A DNA stretch of 64,000 nt from a virus, in IMG/VR virus record IMGVR_UViG_3300025276_000021; one strand, 5' to 3'. Shown one piece after another: positions 54,083-64,000 of this stretch; positions within the stretch are counted from its first letter, which is position 1; the number at the start of each line of letters is the position of its first letter. Below the pieces are notes generated by a model that was not told where the DNA came from, ran no database searches, and saw only the letters and a program-made list of their open reading frames with translations. Both the position numbers and the translations under genes were made by a program.

Positions 54083-55858
54083 TTATATTGGTGTACCTTC
54101 ATTATATGGCAATTTCTTGAAACCACCTGTACCAGTTGAATTTGTTGAAAACCATATTACAACCATTGCTGGACCTCCAGGCATACCCGGCTGCTCAGTT
54201 CCTATATTGTTGCCACCACTTAAAAAATAGTTACTTGCCGCACCACCACCACAGCCAAATGCATTAAAACGGTTGCCGCTAGTATCCGCTGTGATACTAT
54301 TTAAGTAGGTTCTATGATCTGCTCCAGAAAATCCTCCATACACTCCACCACCGCCCATAGAGTTATTACCTGCGTTTGTGCCCGCTACACCTCTAGAATC
54401 TCTACCACCAGTCAGTGGAGTTAGATTTTCGTTAGTGTACTGTCCAGTTAGAAAAAATTTACTAAACCAATTTTGGGGATAATTTCTTCTACTTGAGCTT
54501 TTTTGGTAGTGTCTGTATTTAGCACTATTTTCAAACTTTAACTCATCGGCACTTGAAGAATAAGTTGGGGGACCAGAGCTGTGTGATGCCGACGGAAAAG
54601 ATGTAACTGATCCGCCCTGATACCCAACGCCAGAATGTTTGCTCCAAAAAGCATTGTTATTGTTATTGCTAAAAGGTGGATATGGGTCTACAAATGGGGG
54701 ATTAGTTCCATCATATATGACTCGTCGCCAAGATTCGCCATTGCCAGATAGTAATGGTAAAATACTACTTCCACCACTATTATATCCGCCAGGCGAATTA
54801 AATGAACCGCCAAACGTAGTGTACCACGTGTATTCACCGTTATATGTACTAAATGTTGCTTCAGATGCACCACCGCCTGCGCCGCCAAAATTGCCTTGGC
54901 TTCCAGAGCCACCATTTGTACCGCCGTCACCTCCATCTGCTTGATTTACTCCTGTCGCGTCGAAGCCGCCTGCGCCGCCACCGCCACCGCCGAAAGCTGC
55001 CGCTGTAGTAGGTCTGAGTACTGTTACACCTTCTCCACCAGTGCCACCTATTCCAATAAATGAGTTGCTTGGTTGAACAGGGATAGTGCCACCAGCACCG
55101 CCATAAATTAGCGTCTGCATCGCTGTGCTGGGTGGGACATAATAGAAATCTGATCCACCCCCACCACCGCCGTTTACTTTAGCTATAATATTGTCTACAT
55201 GATCGTCTCCAGTTACGCCAGAAGAACTACTAATTATAATGGGTCCACCTGCGCCACCGCCCAATGTGGTGGCACCATTGTGGTAAGAACCGCCGGCATA
55301 ACCTGGTGATCCAATTTCAATCTTATATTGTCTATTTTTATCAAAAGGGATGCCGTGAGTAGTCAACAAACATGAGCCTCCACCACCGCCACTACCGCCC
55401 ATGAGCCATTGCTGACCTTGGTAGTTAGTAGTTCTCTCACTTAAACTACCACCGCCGCCGGCACTTAACGCATAAAATCCCCATGTACCTCCATCATATA
55501 CATCCATATCAGTACTCCAAGGAATTCCGCCAGTGCCGAAATCTTTTCCAAAGTAATAAGTTTTTGTTGCACCTTTAGATTCACTTGTTAGGGATCTAAC
55601 AGACCTAGTACCTGTCATATAAATGGTTGCAGCAATTGGATTTCCTGTAACACTATTTGCTGCTCCATAAAAATCAAACAGACTAATAGTAGTGCCAGCG
55701 CTGCCGGCTGGGATATTTTTTGTAGTTATATTATTTGGTACAAAGTTTCCCCCCAATGATCCACCTCGATAATATTCGAATAATCCTTGAGCATTCGTCC
55801 CACCAAACTCATTCTCTATATCATCTAATGATATAGGACCATGGTACGGTAAAACCAT
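54083..55858 (-). CDS. glycine-rich fibre or adhesin protein
   Basis: GPISL.DI..EFGG...ISLFDFYG N-terminus and many polyglycine stretches. Confidence 0.7.
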   Translation of the reverse strand: MVLPYHGPISLDDIENEFGGTNAQGLFEYYRGGSLGGNFVPNNITTKNIPAGSAGTTISLFDFYGAANSVTGNPIAATIYMTGTRSVRSLTSESKGATKTYYFGKDFGTGGIPWSTDMDVYDGGTWGFYALSAGGGGSLSERTTNYQGQQWLMGGSGGGGGSCLLTTHGIPFDKNRQYKIEIGSPGYAGGSYHNGATTLGGGAGGPIIISSSSGVTGDDHVDNIIAKVNGGGGGGSDFYYVPPSTAMQTLIYGGAGGTIPVQPSNSFIGIGGTGGEGVTVLRPTTAAAFGGGGGGAGGFDATGVNQADGGDGGTNGGSGSQGNFGGAGGGASEATFSTYNGEYTWYTTFGGSFNSPGGYNSGGSSILPLLSGNGESWRRVIYDGTNPPFVDPYPPFSNNNNNAFWSKHSGVGYQGGSVTSFPSASHSSGPPTYSSSADELKFENSAKYRHYQKSSSRRNYPQNWFSKFFLTGQYTNENLTPLTGGRDSRGVAGTNAGNNSMGGGGVYGGFSGADHRTYLNSITADTSGNRFNAFGCGGGAASNYFLSGGNNIGTEQPGMPGGPAMVVIWFSTNSTGTGGFKKLPYNEGTPI

Positions 55859-58800
55859 TATTTATTTTCCTCATTTTCCAATTTTTCAATACGTCCTTTT
55901 AATTCTTTTATTGATTCTATCAATAAAGGAATAAGTTTTTCGTAGTATACTGCCTTATAACCATCTATTCTATCTATAACAATTTCTGGCATCACTGCCT
56001 CAACTTCCTGCGCAATAACACCAACATCTTTTAAATCTGTATTTCTACCTTCAGCTTTTTCGTTCCAGTTGAAAGTATATCCACTTAATGAAGAAATTTT
56101 ATCTAAAGAATTGTTTATTTTCTCTATATTTTCTTTCAACCTAGAATCTGATGAGTGTGCAGCTATTATATTTCCTGTAGCTCTAATTTCTCCTGCTACA
56201 GTGAAATCGCCAGTATAATTACCACTCATGGCTAAGGTTTCATTTGTAGCGTCTACTGTTATACCCTTATTCGCTACTGCCGTATATGTTGTACCGCCGC
56301 CTAAAGCATCATCGTCAATATCAAACGTGACTGTCTGATTCAATGCTGTAATAGAAAGTGCTGCATTTGAGGAAGCAAACGTAATATTTTGTTTATCTGC
56401 GTTCAATGTAGTTGAACTGGCGTCAGCTCCAACTATTTGACCTATAAAGAATGAAGGTTTAAATTGAAGTATTCCTGTTGCAGAATCATAAAATAAAGCA
56501 GCGTCTACGGAATCTGCTACAGCATTAGGGCCTATAGTTAAAGGCGGTGGCGGAGCTACATTAGTCCAACTATCACCGTTGTACTCTAATATATCATATT
56601 GCTGTGGGTTCGTAATCGTTACATCTTGCAATGAATCTAGCCAAGCGTATAATGTGACAGAAACACTATCTTCCGCCCAATCTGCAGACATTGTTGGCAT
56701 TAAACGAATACCAGTACCACCATTCCAATAAAAGCCATCTCTGCCAGATCCTGATGCTGGATCACTAGTTGAAAATATCTCTTGGTCATATGGAGAATTT
56801 GCAGCGTCATAACTCTTTATCCAAAATCTTGAAAAACTATGAGGAAAACTAATGTTAAATTGTCCTGTAGCTTCTGCATAAGCAAGTGAACCTTCGTTTG
56901 TCGGATTATCTTCAACTATAGTAAAGTTTGAATATGATCCATCAGAATTTTGTGCTGCTGTAATAGCTTCTGCATGTTCCGTTATGGCAGACTCTGGAAC
57001 AACAGGCATCAAGGCCGGAGCCAACGGTCCCGCTGCGGAATCAATTTTAGCTGCAGGTATTTGAGGTATTTCGGCAGCAACTAGTTCGTCTACATTTAAA
57101 GTTATAGTTCCTGTTGCTGCATCGTATGCTAATAGTTGAGCATATGTTCCAGTTCCAGTATTTACTGTTGTTATATCTAGTTCTGGCAACTCTGCAGTTT
57201 CTAAGGCATCTACGTTTAATGTGTATGTTCCACTCGCCTCGGTATATGCTAATTGAGCGTATGTGCCTGTGCCAGTATTTGCGGCAGAAAATAATTCTCT
57301 AACCCTCTCGTTGGTGTGATATTCGTTTATGTCGCCTTCTTGTATCTCATCTGTAGTATAGTGGCCAAGTGCATTTGGGACTGTGGCAAATGGATGGCTG
57401 AAAGTCCAAATGCCGCCACTATCATTCATCCATCTGATATATGCTGGTGGACCATCAATATCTATGCCAGCGCCGTCTGCCGAAGCTGCATCTGTTGCGC
57501 CAGAAGCTAATATAATATTTTTATCTGCGATTGTGACTTCTGTTGAATTTACTGTTGTAGTCGTACCATTAACAGTCAAATTGCCTTTAATAGTCACTAA
57601 TCCAGTGCTATCACCATGTGTAGCAGGATCAATAATAAGATTTGATGGTCCAAGTATTTGTCCAGTAAGTTCTACTGTGTCTGTGAGTAAATGTCCTTTA
57701 TTAGTTATTCTAGCTGCAATATCACCTTGCCAATTTGTTAAAGCTGAAGGACTTTGCTGTGTATCTTGAACAATAAAAGTATTTGATAGGAACTGCACAA
57801 CCAGATCTACATGATTATCTAAACTATTTGCTACTGAAGGTGGCTGCGCTGCAGCTTCATATGATGCACCTCCCACTTGAAATATTCCAGCATAAGAAAG
57901 TCCTGAAACGTAATGAGCGTCAGAAGTTGAAGGTGTACTCGCTAATCTAGCTAAATTTACTGATAAACATGCAGCTTCGAATCCTGCAGGTATAGATGAT
58001 GGTGACCACACGCCTCCGGAATGTATAACTCCCATTTCGCCGTCTATCATGGCTGAAATCAAAGCGGCTAGACCGCCATATGCACTAGGACCTAAGTTTA
58101 CAACATCTTCAATTATGCCAAATTTACTTAATTTTGTAAATGTTAGACCCACAAAATCTGCAGCATGTTCATAAAATAGCGAATCTGGATCCAATGGACC
58201 AGACTTTCTAATTCTATCTAAAGACCTACCGTTGAAAATAAAATATCTAACGTCTCCAGTAACTCCAGTAGCTCGAATGTCTACTTTGCCTTCAGGTATC
58301 AATAAAGCTGGGTTTTCATCGTCTTGTAAGATTTGACCTACTAGAATAGTTCGCCAAGGATCTTGATACCAAGTCTTTTTTGTCTCTGGATTATGATAAA
58401 ATCTTCCTGTTGCCAAATCGCCGCCAAGAATATCATTTCCTTCGCTGTCTGTATTAACTTTTTTATAGCCTACTGTCTCACCATACTTAGCTGCTTTATC
58501 AGAGTCATAAAATAGGTAAGTATCTCTCTTTTTTAAATCAACAACAGTTGTCTCATCCCAATTAAATTTTCCAGTATCTAAAGTTGAAAATTTTATGTTT
58601 GATATCAATCCTTGATTTATATTATGAAACGCAAATCCCCAGTGTACATCCTGTGCAAATATTGATAAGTCCACACCACTTCTGTAATCTGTTTGATTTA
58701 AATCGATGTTTATTTGATTAGTAATAAATGTTGAGCTTCCAAACGGCGTAGTATCAATTTTAAGACCATTTTCATTTTTCTCTATTTTAACTGTTGTGCT

Positions 58801-60636
58801 ACCCGCTGTAGCCCAAGACATATTTCTATTCGGCGTTGGTGTTTCGGATGCTTCAGAATATATAATTTTTTCGTCTGGTTGGAATGCATTATATACTAAG
58901 GAATAGTTCATTACTGTATGTTTATGATATGAAGTCCAGCCAGGAGGTTCGTTAAAAGTATATGTGTATGGTCCTGCTGAATCGTCTCTTCCCAAGTCTA
59001 CAGTACTTCTAAATAGAGTTAATGTTTTTTCTTCAGTCGCGGTTTTAACTAACCCTACAAGAATACCTATGGCACCAGCTTGAGGCACAGTTTCGCTTGC
59101 TGCCGACATTGTTACTTGTAAGTTATATTTTGAAACTGGTTCAGGAGAGTAATATCCTTGAATCTCGTTTCTAGGATTGAATATACTTGATCCAACATTA
59201 CCACTAATTGTCGCGCCCGAAAAGTTAATATCTTGACCAGTTATACTGTCAAATTCGTATCCTCTATTAATATTTGTCACACCCGGCACGCGAGACTTGG
59301 TGGAGAAGATAACATTGATAGAATCAAACTCTAATTGATCTATGCGAGTTTTACCTGGAAAGATGCCTATGCTATCTTCGTGACGATATATCTTAAATTT
59401 TTCCCACTCACTCTTTGATGAATCTGTGTCTGATAGTCCAGTAGGAAAATCATTCAAAAGTCTAGTAACTTCATCACTGTCATATGCGAATCTTGCTATG
59501 ACAAAAGGATAATCCCAGACATATGCACTATCGTATTTACTATATGATAGTAATTGACCGGGCAATCCTTTGCCATGATGCATACCTGAGTCTACATTCT
59601 CTGATCCAATATTTTTTGCCAGAGGCGGATTAAATTCCCATTCATCTTTAATTTCATCATATTTTAAAGACGCAATTTTTTTATCCTTGCCAGTCAAATC
59701 TTCTTTTATATAATAAAGACCTCCAAAATTATCTTCTGCAAGTGCTTTAATATCAGAAAACCAATCATTGCGGTCATATATACCAGCATCAAGCATATAT
59801 CTTCCAGCACGAACAGAGCTGTCCATGTAAACGCTGCCGCCGTTAGTTTTATTTATTTGTGCTGTCGTAATGACTCCATCTCTTGCAGTCAAATTTACTG
59901 TGACGATATCCACAGCGTTCACGTTATTTATTGTAGCAGAATCACTTATCAGTGAAAATGCTTCACCTATAGTTGAATATGAGTATAAAGATCGTATGCT
60001 ATCAGAATAGAGGAATCTCATTCTGGAACTGTCTGCGCGTAAACCAATAAAATGTGCGCTATCAGCTTCTATTCTACCAAAAACACCAAGATCTGCTCTT
60101 ATACTATCTGCTTCTATTCCGGTAAAAACACCTAGACCAGGCGGAAAAACTGTACCTGAAATAGATGAATCTCCGATAGCTATACCATCAGCGCCCCCAC
60201 CTAATCCTGTATTTATGTCAAAAAGAGGATCATCTATAATGTCTAGTAGTGCGACATTAAAAAATATATTAGTGTAAGTCGTTTCTTCCGACCACAGATA
60301 GCCGTCTCGGGCTTCATTATCTACTGCAGAAAAAGTATCTATTGCAAATACGCTATTCAGAGGAGATATTGGTATTCCGATTAAATAAAATGATGAAACG
60401 TCGGAGCCATATCCATTTTCAGGATGAGTAAATGCTAAGTTTACGCCTCCTGTTTGTCTTGGTTTCCAGACTGTAGGTCTTTTCGAACCTGACGCTTTAT
60501 TAAATAACGGATCAAGTACAACGCCCACGAAAACAGCAGTTGTTCCATGAGGCAATTTTATTTCAGTGTCGTTTCTTAATTCCGTTCTGCCTTCTATACC
60601 GCTAGGTTGTGCAGCCCACTTAATAATATCCGCCAT
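55858..60636 (-). CDS. long tail fibre protein with C-terminal intramolecular chaperone (peptidase S74)
   Basis: GNLTVNGTTTTVNST fibre motif; SDSRLKENI...GVIAQEVE...LIESIKEL. Confidence 0.85.
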   Translation of the reverse strand: MADIIKWAAQPSGIEGRTELRNDTEIKLPHGTTAVFVGVVLDPLFNKASGSKRPTVWKPRQTGGVNLAFTHPENGYGSDVSSFYLIGIPISPLNSVFAIDTFSAVDNEARDGYLWSEETTYTNIFFNVALLDIIDDPLFDINTGLGGGADGIAIGDSSISGTVFPPGLGVFTGIEADSIRADLGVFGRIEADSAHFIGLRADSSRMRFLYSDSIRSLYSYSTIGEAFSLISDSATINNVNAVDIVTVNLTARDGVITTAQINKTNGGSVYMDSSVRAGRYMLDAGIYDRNDWFSDIKALAEDNFGGLYYIKEDLTGKDKKIASLKYDEIKDEWEFNPPLAKNIGSENVDSGMHHGKGLPGQLLSYSKYDSAYVWDYPFVIARFAYDSDEVTRLLNDFPTGLSDTDSSKSEWEKFKIYRHEDSIGIFPGKTRIDQLEFDSINVIFSTKSRVPGVTNINRGYEFDSITGQDINFSGATISGNVGSSIFNPRNEIQGYYSPEPVSKYNLQVTMSAASETVPQAGAIGILVGLVKTATEEKTLTLFRSTVDLGRDDSAGPYTYTFNEPPGWTSYHKHTVMNYSLVYNAFQPDEKIIYSEASETPTPNRNMSWATAGSTTVKIEKNENGLKIDTTPFGSSTFITNQINIDLNQTDYRSGVDLSIFAQDVHWGFAFHNINQGLISNIKFSTLDTGKFNWDETTVVDLKKRDTYLFYDSDKAAKYGETVGYKKVNTDSEGNDILGGDLATGRFYHNPETKKTWYQDPWRTILVGQILQDDENPALLIPEGKVDIRATGVTGDVRYFIFNGRSLDRIRKSGPLDPDSLFYEHAADFVGLTFTKLSKFGIIEDVVNLGPSAYGGLAALISAMIDGEMGVIHSGGVWSPSSIPAGFEAACLSVNLARLASTPSTSDAHYVSGLSYAGIFQVGGASYEAAAQPPSVANSLDNHVDLVVQFLSNTFIVQDTQQSPSALTNWQGDIAARITNKGHLLTDTVELTGQILGPSNLIIDPATHGDSTGLVTIKGNLTVNGTTTTVNSTEVTIADKNIILASGATDAASADGAGIDIDGPPAYIRWMNDSGGIWTFSHPFATVPNALGHYTTDEIQEGDINEYHTNERVRELFSAANTGTGTYAQLAYTEASGTYTLNVDALETAELPELDITTVNTGTGTYAQLLAYDAATGTITLNVDELVAAEIPQIPAAKIDSAAGPLAPALMPVVPESAITEHAEAITAAQNSDGSYSNFTIVEDNPTNEGSLAYAEATGQFNISFPHSFSRFWIKSYDAANSPYDQEIFSTSDPASGSGRDGFYWNGGTGIRLMPTMSADWAEDSVSVTLYAWLDSLQDVTITNPQQYDILEYNGDSWTNVAPPPPLTIGPNAVADSVDAALFYDSATGILQFKPSFFIGQIVGADASSTTLNADKQNITFASSNAALSITALNQTVTFDIDDDALGGGTTYTAVANKGITVDATNETLAMSGNYTGDFTVAGEIRATGNIIAAHSSDSRLKENIEKINNSLDKISSLSGYTFNWNEKAEGRNTDLKDVGVIAQEVEAVMPEIVIDRIDGYKAVYYEKLIPLLIESIKELKGRIEKLENEENK
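57085..57280 (-). repeat. tandem peptide duplication in the tail fibre
   Basis: NTGTGTYAQLAYTEASGTYTLNVDAL / NTGTGTYAQLLAYDAATGTITLNVDEL. Confidence 0.8.
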
Positions 60637-60639
60637 ATT

Positions 60640-62178
60640 TTATCGCCGATCGTCGTTATCTTCTGCCCTCGGATCATCAATATCGCCCGCTTTTATTTCA
60701 GCAGCAATTTCATTTTTCATGTCTTTAACATCCTTATCATCATATCTCAAAACATTTTTAAGAACCCAAGCTTTAGAGAAATAATCTCCGACATACTGCG
60801 TCATTTGATCTAGTGTTTGTAATCTTTCGCGTAGTACCTCAGACTCTTTTAGTTCTGCAAAGTAATTATCTCTTGCATAATCTACGCTAATATGCGTTTT
60901 CCATTCTTCCCAATCTGCATCTGTGCAAATTTTTTTTAATATGAGTTGTTTTCTCAATACGTTTAAGAAAATCATTCCAAATTTCTTACGCAGTCTGTCG
61001 ATGAATTTTTGAAATTTAATTTCTTCGCGGCTCACTTCATTTCCACGACCTAGAGAAAACTGTGCCTCTTGCTCAAGTCTATTCATGGGCACGTTTAATG
61101 CTCTGTAAACTCTTTTTTGAAAATAAATAATGTCATCAATCTGACCAAGATTGTCGCCGCCAGGAAGTGTTGTGACTTCAGTTCCTCTGCCACCTTCACG
61201 TCTAGGTAACCAAAAATCTTCTAGCATTGACATGTGTTTTCTATCATCGCGCATTTCGCCAGTGCTTGCGTCATATACAAGTTTATTTCTATACTTAGAC
61301 ATAATATTTCGCATGTATTCTTCGGCTTTACCTTTGGGTAGGTTGCCCACATCGACATAAAAAATTCTACGCTCGGGCGCACGACTCAATCTATAAATTA
61401 CCAGAGAGTCTTCCATCATTCTTAATTGATTAACAGGCTTGATACATTTATGTAAATGAGATACAACTTTTTTTCTAGTCTCATCTAGCAAACCACTTGT
61501 CACATAATTAATAGAATCTGCTGTAAATTTTATGCCTTTATTATGTGTTTGACCAAAAGATTTTGTTCCATTTTTGTCGTGATATACATAATATTCGTTT
61601 ATAGACTCGATAATATCTGCATTTGTGACTGGATCTTTTTTAGTCTTAACTTCTTTAACTTTTCTAATTTTTGTGGCATCAATGAAACGTACTTCCTGAA
61701 TACCTTGCTTTTCGTTCTTTTCGTCAACTAAAACATGATGATAAATTCTACCGTCGATATACCACCTCTTAAACAAATCGTGCGCGTGTTCTGTAGCATC
61801 GAACATCGAAAGAACATTATTAAATTCTTCTTCCATAGATTTCTTGATATTATCTGGCGCTTCCACATTATCTAAGTTTAAGCTAAGTGCGTCCTCATCT
61901 CCGTTATTTACAATTGCTTCATTTACGATATCCTCAATAGCCATATCGACTTCGGGATGTACAGCAATGCCTCTATATTTGTTGATGAGAGCAAACATAT
62001 CTTTGGCATTATCGCCATCAATGTCAACATATTGTCCGAAATGACTGCCTGAAGCGGTAACATAACCTGCACCATCGTCACTCTGTGGAGCGACAACAGA
62101 TTTTAGTTTCTCTATATTATCTTCTTTTTTAGTTCTCTTTAATTCAAAACCAAAAAGTCTAATGCTATTATCAGCCAT
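60640..62178 (-). CDS. gp20: portal vertex protein
   Basis: WYIDGR, YRLSRAPERRIFYVDVGNLP, EDFWLPRREGGRGTE. Confidence 0.98.
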   Translation of the reverse strand: MADNSIRLFGFELKRTKKEDNIEKLKSVVAPQSDDGAGYVTASGSHFGQYVDIDGDNAKDMFALINKYRGIAVHPEVDMAIEDIVNEAIVNNGDEDALSLNLDNVEAPDNIKKSMEEEFNNVLSMFDATEHAHDLFKRWYIDGRIYHHVLVDEKNEKQGIQEVRFIDATKIRKVKEVKTKKDPVTNADIIESINEYYVYHDKNGTKSFGQTHNKGIKFTADSINYVTSGLLDETRKKVVSHLHKCIKPVNQLRMMEDSLVIYRLSRAPERRIFYVDVGNLPKGKAEEYMRNIMSKYRNKLVYDASTGEMRDDRKHMSMLEDFWLPRREGGRGTEVTTLPGGDNLGQIDDIIYFQKRVYRALNVPMNRLEQEAQFSLGRGNEVSREEIKFQKFIDRLRKKFGMIFLNVLRKQLILKKICTDADWEEWKTHISVDYARDNYFAELKESEVLRERLQTLDQMTQYVGDYFSKAWVLKNVLRYDDKDVKDMKNEIAAEIKAGDIDDPRAEDNDDRR

Positions 62179-62210
62179 GTAATTTTCCTAATAGTTATAA
62201 TGTAATTATG

Positions 62211-62232
62211 GTGGGGAGACGAATCTCCCCAC
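62211..62232 (-). other. UUCG stem-loop between gp19 and gp20
   Basis: GTGGGGAGA-TTCG-TCTCCCCAC; no strong U tail, so possibly a stabilising hairpin. Confidence 0.6.
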
Positions 62233-62241
62233 TATCACTCT

Positions 62242-62249
62242 TATTTATA
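62242..62249 (-). promoter_or_regulatory. T4-type late promoter TATAAATA
   Basis: exact match upstream of gp20. Confidence 0.75.
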
Positions 62250-62254
62250 CAACT

Positions 62255-62782
62255 TTATGAGGTCGTATTACTTTCCCAATACTGTATCTGGAATTCACAA
62301 GTAAATTCTTCGATTGCAGCGGCTTCGTCATATGACAACTCAATAGTCGAAATATTAGTTGGAAAACATCCACGAAAGACATACCGCTTTAGTACACTCT
62401 CATCTTTGTCTAATTGATCAACTAACAAGTCTGCCTGATATGCTGTCGGATCAGTTACGCCAGTATTTGTTGAATGTGCATTCATACCATTCATCCAGCG
62501 TTCTAACGCATTTCTTGTACCAAAATCTGTGTCATTATAGATCGTTACCTGCCAGGGCTGGAATGTACGATCACCCGCAATTTGCAGAGTTCTGCCACGA
62601 AATGGTACTGGAACTGTCGAGATTTCCGATGCTGGAAGCGCGGCTCCTTTACACATGAATGATGTTAATTCAACGTCACCCGCAGCATAACCTGGAAAGT
62701 TAATTGTTGCTTTAAAGAGATTTGAGCGGGCGCCCCCACCTCTTAGTTTTGCTTTGAAATCGTCTACACCTAAGATAGCCAT
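62255..62782 (-). CDS. gp19: tail tube protein
   Basis: GGARSNLF, AGDRTF..W..TI.ND, FPTNIS.I.L. Confidence 0.95.
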   Translation of the reverse strand: MAILGVDDFKAKLRGGGARSNLFKATINFPGYAAGDVELTSFMCKGAALPASEISTVPVPFRGRTLQIAGDRTFQPWQVTIYNDTDFGTRNALERWMNGMNAHSTNTGVTDPTAYQADLLVDQLDKDESVLKRYVFRGCFPTNISTIELSYDEAAAIEEFTCEFQIQYWESNTTS

Positions 62783-62801
62783 TTTTTTCTCCTATACTTT
62801 C

Positions 62802-64000
62802 TTATACAGTGCCAACAACTTCTTCAAACGAAACACCGGTGCGTACTGCAACAAAGTTAAGTGTGATGAAATTGATTGATCTTGCTGGTTTAATGAATAG
62901 GCTAGCTACAAATTGATTTGTGTCTACAACCAACGGTGTGTTGTTTGTTTCATCGCAAACCATTTTGAAATCTGTGATACCACGTCTACCCTTCACGTCT
63001 CGGAGAAGTGGTTCGATGATATTCACAAATTCTGCTCTGGTAAATTCATCGTTAAATTCAAACAGAATGTTTTGTGCTGCCGCTGAAATTGCTCTTTCAA
63101 GTACAAGAAACAATCTACGAACATTGATTCGATCAAATGCTGATGGTCTTGCAAGGTGAGTTTTATCACCATATAACAAGATGCCTTGACCTGGGATGTT
63201 TGCAATAGGATTGATCCCAGCTTGATATAGCTGATCTCTTTCAGATTTGTTTGGAGAATATGCCAAACTTGTGACGCCAAAATATTGACCTCTACGTGTT
63301 CCTGCAGGTGAGAACCAAGGTGCAAAGTTGTTATCTGTTGCTGCCATGAGTCCAGCAGTTGATGAAGCCGCAGGAATATTGATATAGTTATCATTATACT
63401 TATCATAGACTTTCAAGAATTGATTGTCTACAGCAAGATATGAACTGCGCGTGAATCCTGCAACGGCTGTGAGTGTTGTTGCAACAGGAGTTGCAGCTCC
63501 AAGTACAGCACTTCTATTTGGTGAAGTAACAACCATACAATCTTTTCTGATACTTTGTGCAATTCCTACAAGATCATTAACAATAGTAGTTTGATCTGTC
63601 GAATTTGCAACGCTAGGAGCAATTAAGAAGTCGATTGCTAATGCGTTTGGATCTTCAAACTTATCAAATCCAGTACCATAGTCTGATGCTGTAAGTAATG
63701 CTGAGTTTGCGCCGCCAGTAAGAGCTAAATCTACATCGGCTGTGAAACCAGCTGTATAGTTGCTGCTTGTTGTGGCTGCGGTGCCTGCGTTGGTACCGTA
63801 TTTCCCGTTAAAGCCTGCAAGCCAAACGTAATTAGACTGCGTGTTAATTACGTTTTTAATGTAGCTTGACGTACCGTCTGAAGTTTTTGCGCCAAGTGCC
63901 ATAGAAACGAATGGGAAAGTTTCGAGTATTGTTCCTTGCGTACCCGTAATTTTGCCACCCTTATCAATAACGACAACGTGTGCCTCATCTTTGATAGTAC
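62802..64000 (-). CDS. gp18: tail sheath protein (5' part lies outside the window)
   Basis: PWFSPAG..RG, GDKT, FDRINVRRLF, FEFND.FTR; frame stays open to the window edge (DEAHVVVIDKGG). Confidence 0.96.
   Translation of the reverse strand, partial: TIKDEAHVVVIDKGGKITGTQGTILETFPFVSMALGAKTSDGTSSYIKNVINTQSNYVWLAGFNGKYGTNAGTAATTSSNYTAGFTADVDLALTGGANSALLTASDYGTGFDKFEDPNALAIDFLIAPSVANSTDQTTIVNDLVGIAQSIRKDCMVVTSPNRSAVLGAATPVATTLTAVAGFTRSSYLAVDNQFLKVYDKYNDNYINIPAASSTAGLMAATDNNFAPWFSPAGTRRGQYFGVTSLAYSPNKSERDQLYQAGINPIANIPGQGILLYGDKTHLARPSAFDRINVRRLFLVLERAISAAAQNILFEFNDEFTRAEFVNIIEPLLRDVKGRRGITDFKMVCDETNNTPLVVDTNQFVASLFIKPARSINFITLNFVAVRTGVSFEEVVGTV

Noticed and set aside
1-64000. CRISPR array, rRNA, canonical tRNAs, introns or inteins in core genes, alternative genetic code
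   Set aside because: No spaced repeats or cloverleafs seen by eye; gp43, gp41, uvsX, gp46, gp20 and gp23 are uninterrupted and of normal length under the standard code.

Overview
A 64-kb, AT-rich segment of a lytic T4-like myovirus genome, coded almost entirely on the - strand. The right part holds the tail and head module (gp18 partial, gp19, gp20, gp67/68, gp21, gp22, gp23, gp3), with two tail-fibre-like genes inserted after the portal gene. The centre holds uvsY/uvsW, gp55, gp47/46, gp45/44/62, regA, gp43, uvsX, gp41 and thyX. The host is most likely an alphaproteobacterium (Rhodobacteraceae-like), inferred from a Rhodobacter-type porin, a circularly permuted two-piece tmRNA with an alpha-type T-loop, a ROSE-like leader on hsp20 and a CtaH-like peptide. 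Main highlights: (1) seven genes at 34.0-39.3 kb whose products share an N-terminal MK(S/T)FxxxxxE leader resembling the T4 capsid-targeting sequence; cargo includes a CCA-adding enzyme, a (p)ppGpp-type HD hydrolase, an HNH protein and two paralogous ADP-ribosyltransferase-like proteins, suggesting a virion-injected counter-defence and tRNA-repair kit; (2) a permuted tmRNA whose intervening segment is filled by a complete SD plus a 62-codon ORF, followed by a porin with a large loop insertion; (3) glycosyltransferases carrying the same C-terminal sliding-clamp motif as gp43 and gp55, next to a sugar-metabolism operon (FBA, cupin, PEPCK, PMM, cytidylyltransferase). All assignments come from motif recognition by eye; no database searches were run.
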